From Camelus ferus (Eukaryota), in the NCBI RefSeq assembly GCF_009834535.1, contig NC_045697.1, positions 86,430,001 through 86,494,000 on the forward strand: a DNA stretch of 64,000 bases, read 5' to 3'. Position numbers and translations under genes: made by a program. Of this stretch, positions 38,790-50,978 are shown piece by piece. The notes under the pieces were generated by a model. It did no database searches, was not told the origin of the DNA, and saw nothing but the letters and a program-made list of their open reading frames with translations. Position 1 is the first letter of the stretch. Every line of letters begins with the position of its first letter.

Positions 38790-39624
38790 CATTCCTACAG
38801 AAATTTCAGGAAACAGCCCCGTGTCTCCTAATACTCAGGATAAGTCAGTAAGTCAATCTCTGAGATCTCCTTTGAAACGACAGGCCTCTGTATGTTCCAC
38901 CCGACTTGGAAGTACCAAGAGCCTTACTGCTGCTTTTTATGGGGACAAGCAGCCTGTTACAGTTGGAGTCCAGTTTAGTAGTGATGTCTCCCGAAGTGAT
39001 GAGAATGTCCTAGACTCACCAAAGCAGAGAAGAAGTTTCGGTTCATTTCCATACACACCATCAGCAGACTCTAATTCCTTTCATCAGTATCGATCAATGG
39101 ATTCCAGCATGTCCATGGCTGATAGTGAAGCCTACTTTTCTGCAGCTGAAGAATTTGAGCCCATTAGCAGTGATGAAGGCCCTGGAACTTATCCAGGTAG
39201 AAAAAAGAAGAAAAAGCAAGCCCAGCAGATTGACTACAGTAGGGGTTCCATATATCACAGTGTAGAAGGACCACTTACTGGCCCTGGAGAAAGCATTCAG
39301 GATGCCCGAACTCTACCTTTCAAAACTCATCCTTCCCAGGCTTCCTTTGTTTCTGCATTAGGTGGAGAAGATGATGTTATAGAACATTTGTATGTTGTAG
39401 AAAGTGAGAAAACAGTAGAGAGTGAACAGATTACTTCTCAACAACCTGTGATGAATTGCTATCAGACTTACCTTACACAGTTCCAGGTAATTAATTGGTC
39501 AGTGAAGCATCCAGCCAACAAAAGAACCTCTAAGTCTTCGCTGCATCGGCCTCTCGATCTGGATACACCAACCAGTGAAGAAAGTTCATCATCATTTGAA
39601 CAGCTTTCTGTTCCAACTTTTAAG
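38790..39624 (+). CDS. BLTP1: BLTP1 exon w18, large Ser-rich exon (SIPTEISGNSPVSPNTQDK...EQLSVPTFK)
   Basis: ttttag|C ATT ... AAG|gtatga; 835 nt; overlaps ORF 38821..39630. Confidence 0.95.
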
Positions 39625-40260
39625 GTATGAGCCAAATCATTAGTTTCAACTGATAAATTTATTTAGGAAGATGAGTATTACTCTCTTGATCATTTTAGCT
39701 GCCTTTCTGAAAGATAGAATTCCTCAAGTCATGGCTTCATACATGACAGTAGGCCTCAGGGTTACTGAGGAGTATTATAAATTTAGGCATATAAAATTGA
39801 GGAATAGTTTCAGACTTGATTGTCACACTATTAAGAATTAACATATAGTCTGTGTCTCCATTGTGCTGTAAGGTTGTCTCTGAATTCATATTTTGTGTGT
39901 CTTAAAAGTAAAATTTTGAAGTTCTTTTTAATAATTAGTGTTCTTTCTATTAATCCATAACTGCTTCTATGCAGATCCAGTTCTCCACACTTAATATTTG
40001 AGATCTTATAATTTAGTATGAATTGATTATTGTCCATCTCTGTAATATATTCTGTAAATTGCTTTTTAAAGGAAAGCTAAAAAGTCAAAATATTTAGTAA
40101 TAATACTTAACATGGAAGGATTTTTATAGAATTATAAATTTTAAGAGGGCTTTTTATGATTTTAAAGACCAAAATTGAGCATATAAAATCTTATTGAACT
40201 GATTCAACAATTCAAGAATCTTATGTGGTTTATACTTACATATGCATATATACTTATTTT

Positions 40261-40870
40261 AAAAAGACACATGCACCCCAGTGTTCATAACAGCACTATT
40301 TACAATAGCCAAAACATAGAAACAACCTAAATGTCCATCGATAGATGACTGGATAAAGAAGCTGTGGTATATTTATACAATAGAATACTACTCAGCCATA
40401 AAAATGACAACAAAATGTCATTTGCAGCAACATGGATGTCCCTAGAGAATATCATTCTAAGTGAAGTTAGCCAGAAAGAGAAAGAAAAATACCATATGAT
40501 ATCACTCATAAGTGGAATGAAAAAAAAAAACAGAAGACAAATGAACTTAAATATAAAACAGAAACAGACTCAGAAACATATAATACACTTGTGGTTGCTT
40601 GGAGAGGGTGTGGGTAGAGATAGACTGGGAGTTCGAGATAAGATACTGACAGGTATATACAGACTAGATGAACAAGTTTATACTGTATGGCACAGGGAAA
40701 TATAGTCAAGATCTCGTAGTGGCTCATGGTGAAGAAGAGTATGGGGGTGAATGTGTGTGTGTTCATCTATGACTGAAAAACTATGTTGTACACCAGAGAT
40801 TGACACAGCATTGTAAACTGACTATAACTCAATAAATAAAAAGAAAAAGTAAAAAATTGAACTAGTCAAA
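40261..40870 (+). mobile_element. Relatively young 5'-truncated L1 (ORF2 end + 3' UTR + A tail)
   Basis: aaagacacatgcaccccagtgttcata...; ORF 40364 (MSFAATWMSLENIILSEVSQKEKEKYHMISL) is typical of L1 3' ends; AATAAA and A-rich tail. Confidence 0.92.
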
Positions 40871-41257
40871 AAAAAGTGTCTAAACGTTAATATACTCATT
40901 TAAAATTCAGATACTTATTATATACTACTGTGTGACAAGCATTTGATGTTCAGTGGCGAGGGTAATGGACATAGTTTATAGTTTGAAGCACTTGGCTTTT
41001 AAGCTTTCATTGTATATAGTCTTTTACTCTCATTGCTGAATCTTTGCTGCCCTGCTCTGTTGTTTCTCTGAATAATCAGAAAATGAAATTGCCAATTGAA
41101 TATTTTCTGAATTTATCTGTTAAACATTTATGTCATATATCAAAATCATATTAACAGGGTAATTTGGATATTCACAAATATGAGCTGATAGCATAAAATT
41201 AGAGAATAATTAATATTAAAATTCTAGGCTATAAGTAATGTTTTTATATTATTCTAG

Positions 41258-41328
41258 GTTATCAAACAGGGGCTCACAGCTAACTCTTTACTAGACAGAG
41301 GAATGCAACTTTCAGGATCAACTTCAAA
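41258..41328 (+). CDS. BLTP1: BLTP1 exon w19 (VIKQGLTANSLLDRGMQLSGSTS)
   Basis: ttctag|GTT ... TCA AA|gtaagt; 71 nt. Confidence 0.94.
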
Positions 41329-41871
41329 GTAAGTTAAAATTACATACTTTTGAGGTTTAAAGTCATCTTTCTTGATTATGAGATAATGTAGAGTTTATTC
41401 TGAAGAATAGCCACTCTTTACTTGACTATAGTCTTTATTTTATGAATAAATTGCCCCAAATAACTCAACTCTGTTGTCTGTCATGGCTTTGCCTACTTGT
41501 ATAAAGTCAGTAGCATTTCTTTTAGACGTACTATGCAAACCATAACTTGGCATGTCAAAATTAGAAACTAACAAGAATTCAGTATTGTAATTTTCGTATT
41601 TTGGAAAAGCCTAATCAAGTAAATACATTAACAAAATTTTTTGTCATTTGATACATTAACCATCTTTGATCAGTTTGTATTTTAGTGCCTCATTTGTCTT
41701 GTCCTCCAAGAGTATTTGGGACGTAAAATATCTAATCCAATTTCATGAAATTTTTAAGTGAAATAAATATAAGTTTAAGTTAAAATCAGTGTAACTCATT
41801 CTAAGGAAGCTCCAATTTCTATTCTTTTTCATGGTCTTTTTAATATATACTTTGCTTGTTAAATTGTGTAG

Positions 41872-42045
41872 TACACCATATACTCCTCTGGATAAGAAAG
41901 CCGTTGATAACACAGATGATGAAACATTAACAGAAGAGTGGACCCTGGATCAGCCAGTCTCTCAGACCAGGACAACAGCCATAGTTGAAGTCAAAGGAAC
42001 CGTTGATATTGTACTGACTCCCCTCGTGGCTGAGGCTTTAGACAG
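41872..42045 (+). CDS. BLTP1: BLTP1 exon w20 (NTPYTPLDKKAVDNTDDETLTEEW...LVAEALDR)
   Basis: tgtag|T ACA ... GAC AG|gtatta; 174 nt. Confidence 0.94.
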
Positions 42046-42542
42046 GTATTAATTTTGTCTAAAAATACAACTACTATTTTATAAAATAATAAATGTATGT
42101 AATATGGTTAGTATATGTGATATAATATTTTCATAAAAAAGAATGTTGATGATGGCTATTTTGATTGAACAAAAATGAAAATATGTTTTAAAAGGTCTAT
42201 ATTTTAGTTATCATTTATTACTTTTTCAGCCTAAATAATTATGTATTGCAATTTTATAATCATTATATTGCATTATATTTTTTACTTTTTGATTTTGGGC
42301 TGATGAGCATAAAATGATCAAACACCCAGGAACTAATTATTAAGTTAGATATTCTTACTGCTGTCTAGTTAATGAAGGAATAAAGCAGAAATTTTGTTCT
42401 GCAAGGAGATTATAGTCTATCTAGGGAGACAAAAATAATGTGAATAAAATCTGGTATGGAACAAAATGGAATAATTTAGATAGACCAGATCATAGTATTA
42501 AGTGATATTAAAATGTTTCATTTACTGTTTTTCTTCCCACAG

Positions 42543-42663
42543 GTATATTGAAGCAATGGTTCATTGTGCCAGTACCCGACATCCAGCTGCCATCGTAGAT
42601 GATCTCCACGTCAAAGTCCTCAGGGAAGCTGTCCAAAATAGCAAGACTACCTTCTCAGAAAAT
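42543..42663 (+). CDS. BLTP1: BLTP1 exon w21 (YIEAMVHCASTRHPAAIVDDLHVKVLREAVQNSKTTFSEN)
   Basis: cccacag|G TAT ... AAT|gtaaga; 121 nt. Confidence 0.95.
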
Positions 42664-43694
42664 GTAAGAACTTTTTATTCAGTGAGTGTGGCAAATTGAG
42701 TTTTCTTCACATGCACATAATATCCAAAGTTGAAAATACTTGAATATGTTTAAATTTTATTAGATGTTTAAACTGGAATACATGGACATTCTATATAGTC
42801 TTTATATGTATGGCACTGGCTCCGTAAGAGATAGCATCTATAATTATACTATGTATTAAGTAGGAGTAAAATATTAATTAAAAAGTAGTGTTATTTTTTC
42901 TTTTATTTTGAAAGTAGCTTAATCCTAAGCCTTTCCTAAAGGGCTTTGCCTAAGTGAATGAGCATTCTTTAGGACTGGTACATTCATTTTCTAAGAAAGC
43001 AGAGCTGCATATTATTTTGGCTTTCCTCTAGAATTAGATAACTTGTATCTTAATATTTTTGAGATTATTTTTGTTCACCTCAGGGAATCCAGTCACTCTG
43101 CTGGTGTGTGATATTCTAATGCTGTACTCCTGGTCATGAAGCCAGTTTCTTAGTGGTCATGTCCTGGTGCTCATCTTGTGATTGTCCACTTGACTTTCAA
43201 ATTTATCTGTATCATATTTGGACTAGGGATCAGAGGCAAAGTGAAGGTGACGCTGATTATTTTTAGTGATCTAGTTATTCAAAATATATTGGCATTTCGT
43301 GTGATAGGTAGTTGGGGTCAAGGAGTATAAATCAAAAGAAATTTGAAAATATCCCCAGCCAGCAAGGAGCTAAGTATCAGAAACCAAATCTGCTCTCAAG
43401 TAGGTAGAATTTATTGATCCTAAAAACATACCTATTATTATTACCATTTTTTTTCTGTCTGTTTTTGTGTGGGCTAATTTCACTTTATTATGTATCACTC
43501 CTCTCAGCCCTGGGCTGCCAGTCTATTTTCTAGCTTTTCTTAGGTTTGGACTTTAAGACTAGGGGTGCTGAACCAGATGGCAGCTGGTACATAGATGGGT
43601 ATAGAGGAGCACAGTGAACAGCAAGCTGCTGTTGTGGATGATGTGGAAGTTATGAAAAGTCTGTGACATAATAATTCTACCTCAATCTTTTTAG

Positions 43695-43841
43695 CTATCT
43701 TCCAAACAAGATGTTAGAGGAACAAAAACTGAGCACCCTACCATGGGAATGACTAACCAAGGACAAGCACAGACAAATCTTACAATGAAGCAAGATAATG
43801 TAACAATTAAAGGTCTACAGGCTAATGTTAGCATCCCAAAG
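43695..43841 (+). CDS. BLTP1: BLTP1 exon w22 (LSSKQDVRGTKTEHPTMGMTNQGQAQTNLTMKQDNVTIKGLQANVSIPK)
   Basis: ttttag|CTA ... AAG|gtaaca; 147 nt. Confidence 0.94.
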
Positions 43842-44233
43842 GTAACAATTTAGTATTTTAAAAAATTTTCTGAAAGAATATTTTGGTGGTTTTTATCTTT
43901 TGTATTTGCTAAACTGAATGGTGATGGAATAGATTGTAATATCAAAAATATGTATTTTATTTCCTTGATGATCTAATATAAAGAATTAATGTAATGTAAA
44001 TAGTTTACTTAAGCAAATTGTTGGATAATATTTACTAAAATATTTCACATCCATCCAGTAAGAATTTAATTATTATTTTATGAGAGTCTGTATTTATAAG
44101 CTTTGCCCTCATTACTCTCAGACACATAGATATACCATTTCTAACAGTAGTTTTTCATTTTCCTGTGTGTCTTATGTTTAAGTGATAACTTTTTACTTTT
44201 CACCTCTGAAATATGTGACATTTTGTGTGCTAG

Positions 44234-44361
44234 GTGAACTTATGTTTGTTACAAGCCTCAGTGGAAGAATCCCCAAGTACAGCTCCTAGTAGAAGTGTGA
44301 CTCACGTTTCCCTAGTAGCGTTGTGTTTTGACAGAATTGCTACACAAGTTCGTATGAACAG
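44234..44361 (+). CDS. BLTP1: BLTP1 exon w23 (VNLCLLQASVEESPSTAPSRSVTHVSLVALCFDRIATQVRMNR)
   Basis: gctag|GTG ... AAC AG|gtaaga; 128 nt. Confidence 0.95.
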
Positions 44362-44693
44362 GTAAGAAAGATCTTATTAATTTGAGCCAGGATTATCTTG
44401 CTGGGTGTAAAAGCAAGCCTTAATCATCTTTTTAATGCATTTCTGAAAATTCTAATATTAAAACTCAAAACTACTATTGGAATTTCGTATCTCGCTTTGT
44501 AGATTAGCAAAGTAGGTTTTAAAAAGTTTTACTGTTTTTATTCATACCGTCTTTCAGTAAACACTGAAAATTTTGTTATTAATATTGGTTTAATTAAAAC
44601 AGTGAAATGGTTTAAAGAAAACACTAGTTAAATGTTTTTACTGGACTATATTATTTAAATGTTAACCATCATATTCTGTCTTTTTTCATAAAG

Positions 44694-44893
44694 AGGAGTG
44701 GTTGAAGAGACTTCAAACAATGCAGACCCTGGGAGAACATCAAATTTTGATAGGTATGTCCATGCCACTAAGATGCAGCCTCAGTCATCTGGATCTCTCA
44801 GGTCAAATGCTGGAGCAGAAAAGGGCAAAGAGATTGCAGCCAAGTTAAACATCCATCGAGTTCACGGGCAGCTAAGGGGTCTTGATACAACAG
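44694..44893 (+). CDS. BLTP1: BLTP1 exon w24 (GVVEETSNNADPGRTSNFDRY...HGQLRGLDTT)
   Basis: ataaag|A GGA ... ACA G|gtaaga; 200 nt. Confidence 0.93.
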
Positions 44894-47158
44894 GTAAGAT
44901 TCTACAACATGGTTTTTCTTTGACATGTGTAAATGTAAGAGGATTTTACAAAAGAAAACATAATTTTTTCCTTTGAATATTGCTATAATTTGAGTATTTT
45001 ATAAGAAAGAGAAAAGTATTTCTGTAAATATTGAACACATGGTGTTTAGCTATACATTACTCACATTCTACACAGAATGGAAGGTAAACTTTGGTAGGAA
45101 GGTATGTGATACGGAAGTCCCAAATTAGGAACTGCTTCTGTCTCCCATCTGTTTTCTTCGTGGTACCTATTTGTTCATTGTAGAGCAGAGATGATCTTTA
45201 TAGTCTTTCTTTTAAAATTACTCTATTGGCAAAGCTTTGTTAAAAAAGAATTCATTGTGATATCAAGGATAGTCAAATCTGTAAATATAGCAGCAATAAG
45301 AATGATAGACATGGTTGTGCTTCTTAAAAGTCCCTGTGAGGTAAAAGAGAAGACTAGAGATATCATGTATCATTTCAATATTTTTTATTCACTTTGGTGC
45401 ATATGCTCATTTAGAGGCTAAATGATCCTAGATTGTCAGAGACTGAACCCAGAAAAAATTGAGTTTACTTGTCTTACTTGAAATGATTGCCATGCTGAAA
45501 TCTGCATGATAGGCTGGTGACCAGTCCTGAATGAGCAAATGATTTCCTTGAATGTTCTCACTGTATTCTGTAGGCGCTGAAGGTTCCATGGTTCCTGTCT
45601 GCATCCTGGGTCTGTATAACTGCTGTGGCTTTCTCAAGGCTTATTTCACCATCCTTATGTTTGAGGCCCAAGGATTTTACCTGAGAGTGCCAAAAAAGAG
45701 ATCTTTCATGACTACCTGAGATCTGTAGTCCTAAAGCTCATTCAAAATACAGTGGCTTGAGTATAAGAGACATTCTCAGCTCTGTAGTTTGCACTGGTAG
45801 CCAGTTTGCACGTGGGTGTTTTATTGACCATAAGCAGTAACTGAATATAATTTTGAAAGGCACATCATCCAAAAAAAAAATGATCAAAGACAAAACTCCC
45901 AATAAAATTCCAAGGTGGATATTGTGTAAAAATGCAGGGAAAAAATGTAAATGTCTTTGCATATGTGTACACAAAATATCTGTGAAAGGAGACTCAATAA
46001 TCTAATGATACTTGTTACTTATAGGGAGGAGAAGTAGATGCCCGAGTGTGGTGATAAGAGGCTTTTCGTTGTATACTCTTTCATACTTTTTGGAACTTTA
46101 ATCTATGTCAATGTATTATTTAATAAAAATTTTTAAATAAAATTCAAGTTAAAGCCTCACTTTATACCGTACATCAGAATAAGTTCATGGAATTAAAGAC
46201 AAATATAAAAAAAAATGAGAACATTATAGAAACTTATAGGTGAAAATTTACTCTCTGTTCAGGGAAGACTTTCTAATCATAAATTCAAAATATAGTATTT
46301 TCATATGATGAAATATTATATAGCTATTAAAATAATATCTTTGAAGCATATTTAATGAACTGAGGAAATTATCATGGTTGACTGTTACATGAAAAGTGGG
46401 GACCAAAGCTGGGTTTTTATTTTTTAAAATGATCTCTAAAGGGCTAGAAGGAAACTTTCTTCAAATGTAAACAAGTTATCTCTGGGTAGTGAATTTACAT
46501 GTGTTTTTTAATCTTCTTTTTGCTTTTCTGTACTGATTAGCTGTATTCAGAGAAAGAAATAGAAAAAAGTGAGATAAAATAAAAACCTCTGCCAGACACC
46601 CAGGAAGTTAGTTTCCATATTGCATATTGAAAGCGATGGAATTATGGTGATATCTGTGATGAATTGTAGTTATATAAAATATATTGGCATAAAGCAGTCT
46701 TTTAGAAAAAGCTGTAGTTTTCCTGGAAAATAATGTTTTTCCTAAGGCTAGATAACTAACATTTTTTTTTTTTTGTAAAATGATGAGAAACTATTTAAAA
46801 ATAGTTTACTATGAAACTGAATTATTCAGGAGCTTTTAACTTTAGGTTTTGAGAGTACCCTGTAAGCTTTCAGAAATGAATTTACCCTGTCTCTGAGCAG
46901 TTAATTTGCTAATTATGGAACCTTGTTTTCTTCCTCTTACTTCAACATGATTCTGGCACTTATTTTAAGTAGTAAGACATTAGGCAGAATTATTTTAGAA
47001 ATTAGTTGGTTCATTTGTTTATTTTTCTTTTTGGTAGAATACTGAATTATCTTTTAAGACAACCACTGTACCAGATGTTTGCATTATTTGTTGTTTTTTA
47101 AGAAAATATACAAACCTCTGTCTTTAAAAATGCTCATTTTGTTTCCTTCTGATAATAG

Positions 47159-47356
47159 ATATCGGTACCTGTGCCATCACTGCTATTCCCTTTGAGAAGT
47201 CCAAAGTTTTATTTACTCTTGAAGAGTTGGATGAGTTTGCTTTTGTGGATGAAACTGATCAGCAAGCTGTTCCGGATATAACTCGAATAGGTCCCAGCCA
47301 AGAAAAATGGGGTTGGATAATGTTTGAATGTGGACTTGAAAATTTAACCATAAAAG
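47159..47356 (+). CDS. BLTP1: BLTP1 exon w25 (DIGTCAITAIPFEKSKVLF...WIMFECGLENLTIK)
   Basis: taatag|AT ATC ... AAA G|gtaagc; 198 nt. Confidence 0.95.
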
Positions 47357-48047
47357 GTAAGCTTTTTTTTTTTTGAATTCTACTTAAGCTGGGAACAAAT
47401 TGGTCCCACATTGCTGAAATATTTTGATCATGACTTCAATAACCTGAATCAGCGTTTTCAAGCAGAAGGTGTGGTACCTGGGATTATTTACTAGAAGGTG
47501 GTACCCTGCCCCAGCTGTATAAGTGGAATTTTATGAAATTGTTGTGTGATTCAAAACTAGCAGAGCATCTAGATGTACAAAGCCTCAGTGCCTGAGCAAA
47601 ACAGTGTGATTCAGAAAACATTCCTGAATAAATATGAAGCCTCTTAACTTTTGGAAGTTTGTGTTTTTGGAAACTGGAGTTTTGATTTAGTAGAGCCTTG
47701 CCATATAGGATGAAAATACTGTAAGTCCTTTATTCAGTGATACTGACTGGCTTACATTTATTTTCTTTTACAATATTGACTAATATAGTAAAATAGGCAG
47801 GCTAAATTGTATATAAACCTTTTAGGTTTAGTCATATCCTAGTAGTATGCCTACAATTCATAATAGTATATGCCTACAATTCATTACCTGATAATTCAAT
47901 ATTGTATCACTTTTATAGATAGGAGCAAAGTTTTGGTGAGAAAAAAACTTTACAAGATTTTTATTTTTTATTTTTATCTTTATGGATATTGAATACAGCA
48001 TTGAGACATCCAGTACTTTTAATAAGTAAATTCTTTCATTTTTATAG

Positions 48048-48259
48048 GAGGAAGGCAGTCTGGTGCTGTTTTGTATAATACTTTTGGAATTATGGGTAAA
48101 GCAAATGTCACCGAAAGTGGTGGAGTGCTGACATCCAATAATTCTTCTGATTCTCCAACTGGCAGCGGCTATAATACTGATGTCTCTGATGATAATCTTC
48201 CTTGTGACCGAACAAGCCCTTCTTCAGACTTAAATGGAAATTCTGTTTCTGATGAACAA
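48048..48259 (+). CDS. BLTP1: BLTP1 exon w26 (GGRQSGAVLYNTFGIMGK...NGNSVSDEQ)
   Basis: ttatag|GA GGA ... CAA|gttggt (weak donor, required by frame); 212 nt. Confidence 0.9.
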
Positions 48260-49874
48260 GTTGGTGAATTTCTAATAATAATGATAATTTGGGAAAATAA
48301 AACAGAAAACCATATACCCAATTCACGTTTAATTTCTGGAGTATATTTGCTTGTCTTTCATAGTATAGATTTTGCTTAAATGGTAGTCAGGGCCTCTTGG
48401 TGATTGTATTCTACTAGAGTATAATTGCCAAAAGGCAGGCATTGCATTGTAGATACATGTATAGCCATCATAGTACCTTGCATAGTGCCTTGCTTATATT
48501 AGGCACTTAATAATATTTGTTGAGTTAATGAACTAATAGAATTTCAGAAAAGCAGGCTTTGTGTTTATGTTGTTTGAAGGATTAGCAGAATTCATTTTTA
48601 AATAAATAGTTTTGTTACTCATAGTATTTCACATAAGTTTAAAATATTTTTGTCAATACCTACCTATTTCAGTTAGAAGCCTGAAGAATATCTTATATGC
48701 AGCTCATTATTTTTATTATGGTATTATTTCATGGTGGTGGATATTGTAACAGCCATATCTAATAATGAAAATATTCAAAATTCTAGATTACAGAATTGTT
48801 GTGCTACTACCCGATTGGTGGCCTCAGGCAAGCTTTTTTTAACTTCTCTTAAGTTTCAGTAACAGGAGTATTGTAATGATAGTGACCTTCTAGAGTTGTG
48901 AAGATTGAAGGAGGTGGTACATATGGAATATGGAAGGCTTAACTTTGGTGTCTAGGGCATAGTGAGAACTTGGTAAATGTTGTTCTTAAACACACAAACG
49001 TACATATGTACAATTCTGATCATTTGAAAATTAGACCAATTGAGGAGGAAAGAAATTAACTTTTAAGTAAGAAATGTCATGGGTGTCTACTATTCATAGG
49101 CATGATCACCTCCTCAGGTTTCTGGAGATTTAATTTTGAAACATTTATTTTGATTTGATGTATAGTCCAAGAGTTTAATCACAGTCTTATGAGGCCTTTG
49201 GAAGTATTTGAGAGGTGGGTGGGTATTAGCACTTTAATTAAGGAAATTAAAATATATAGCTGGACAAAGAGCTGGGAAGAACTTACCTGTTCTTTCCCTC
49301 TCCTTCACCCACTAAAATAGTTGACAGAATGTCAGGTGTCTTCCTTGATTTCCCTAATCCTGTTCTCCTTGCTCAAAGTCCTCAAATTTTGTAACATTGC
49401 TTTCTTTGGTCTCTCTGACTTTTCTTGGTCCATTTCCTGATACAGTTCATTGTCCTTTTTAAATATGTGTGTTCTCCCCACATTCTGTTCTTGGCTACTC
49501 TTCTTGCTCTTTGTGCATCCTTGCTTCATTTCCTAGTCCAGCTCCATAATTTGTTAACACTGCTTTCCCATTGGTTATGCTTTCAGCACCAACCCTTCAC
49601 CTAAGCTTCAGAATTGTATCCAATAGTCTTTTAGGTATCATCATTTAGATGTATTATAGGCACCAAAAATTCAGTCAATCTAAAATCAACTTTATTACTA
49701 CTTTACTTGCTTATTACGTACAAGTCCCGCTCCCTTTTTTAAAGTTCAATTTCCTCTAGACTGTCTTGTATATATTTGTATACTCAGTGCCTGGCTCACA
49801 GCCCTTGTTTGAAACACACTGAGCCATATGTGTTTGAGAATTTAGATGTTTTCTTTTAAAAGAAAGGAAATATG

Positions 49875-50180
49875 CCCTACCCCTACGTTGCCCCTCCCCT
49901 CTTTCCTCTCTTACACTAGTAACCACTACTGTGTTCTCTCTGTTTCTTTTTTTTTATTCATTAGTTTGTTGTACTTTTTAGATTCCACATATAAGTGATT
50001 TAGAGATACAAATTATCATGTATAATAAGCTACAAGGGCATACTGTACAACACAGAGAATATAACCAATATTTTATAATAACTATAAATGGAGTATAACC
50101 TTTAAAAATTGTGCATTAATATATTGTACACCTGTAACTTATATAATATTGTGTGTCAACTATACCTCAGTAAAGAAATA
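49875..50180. mobile_element. L1 3' end with inverted 5' segment
   Basis: 49875-49999 antisense (tttttagattccacatataagtgat), 50000-50180 sense L1 terminus (tactgtacaacacagagaatata...tcaactatacctca). Confidence 0.85.
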
Positions 50181-50978
50181 TTTTAAAAATACAAGCAAAT
50201 ATGATGTGTTTGCTAAATGCTGCATAAACTCCTAGTGGAATCTGAGATAGTACTGCATATTGAAATATTTGAATATTTCTGCAGCATGACATTAATAAAA
50301 ACACCAACTGGGATAAACAGTCTCTCATCAATTCATATCAGATTTTGATGCCACATTTATAAAAACAGATTTAGATTTTTCAGAATGTTGTGGATTTTTG
50401 AATTGCAGATAAGGGAATGTGGACTTATATCTAATGTCTGCTAACTTTAAAATTACTACATACCCTAGTAATTTTAAAGACAAGTTCACATTGTCTTTTA
50501 ACACTTAGGGTTTAAAGCTATTTTTTGGATACTCTTCATTCCTTAATCATCCCACAAGAAAATGCCAGTCTTTTCTTTATTTTGACCAAGAATATCTGAA
50601 AATGAATTAGAGACCTGTAAACAGATGTAACAGGCAACAGACCTTTTTGTTTCTTTAACATTATGTTTCTTACCTCCCTGCATTTTGAAGACTGTTGATT
50701 ACACAGTTAGGAAATATTCTTATTTGTCAGATTCAGGCTTACTAGCATGTAAGATAAATAACTCTACAATTAAAAATTCTCAGTTATTTGAACATAAGCT
50801 ATAATAGTATTTCTTTTTATGGCACTTTATTTGGAAGTTTGAAACATGTTGTTAAAACAGAGTGAAACAAAGATTGCAGTAGGAAGCAGAAGTCCTTAAT
50901 GCTATCACTCATTCTCCCACTTAATAATTGGGTGACCTCTGCCAGGTCATAAAATTTCTTTCACTTTCTTCATCCAGG

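Noticed and set aside
38821..39630. Standalone 269-aa gene
   Set aside because: It starts at GTG inside an exon bounded by splice sites and in frame with neighbouring BLTP1 exons
41221..41257. Duplicate attctag acceptor 30 nt upstream of exon w19
   Set aside because: It has no pyrimidine tract and would introduce an in-frame TAG; likely chance in AT-rich DNA
47842..47884. Imperfect tandem duplication of tatgcctacaattcat
   Set aside because: Ordinary slippage duplication with no functional signal
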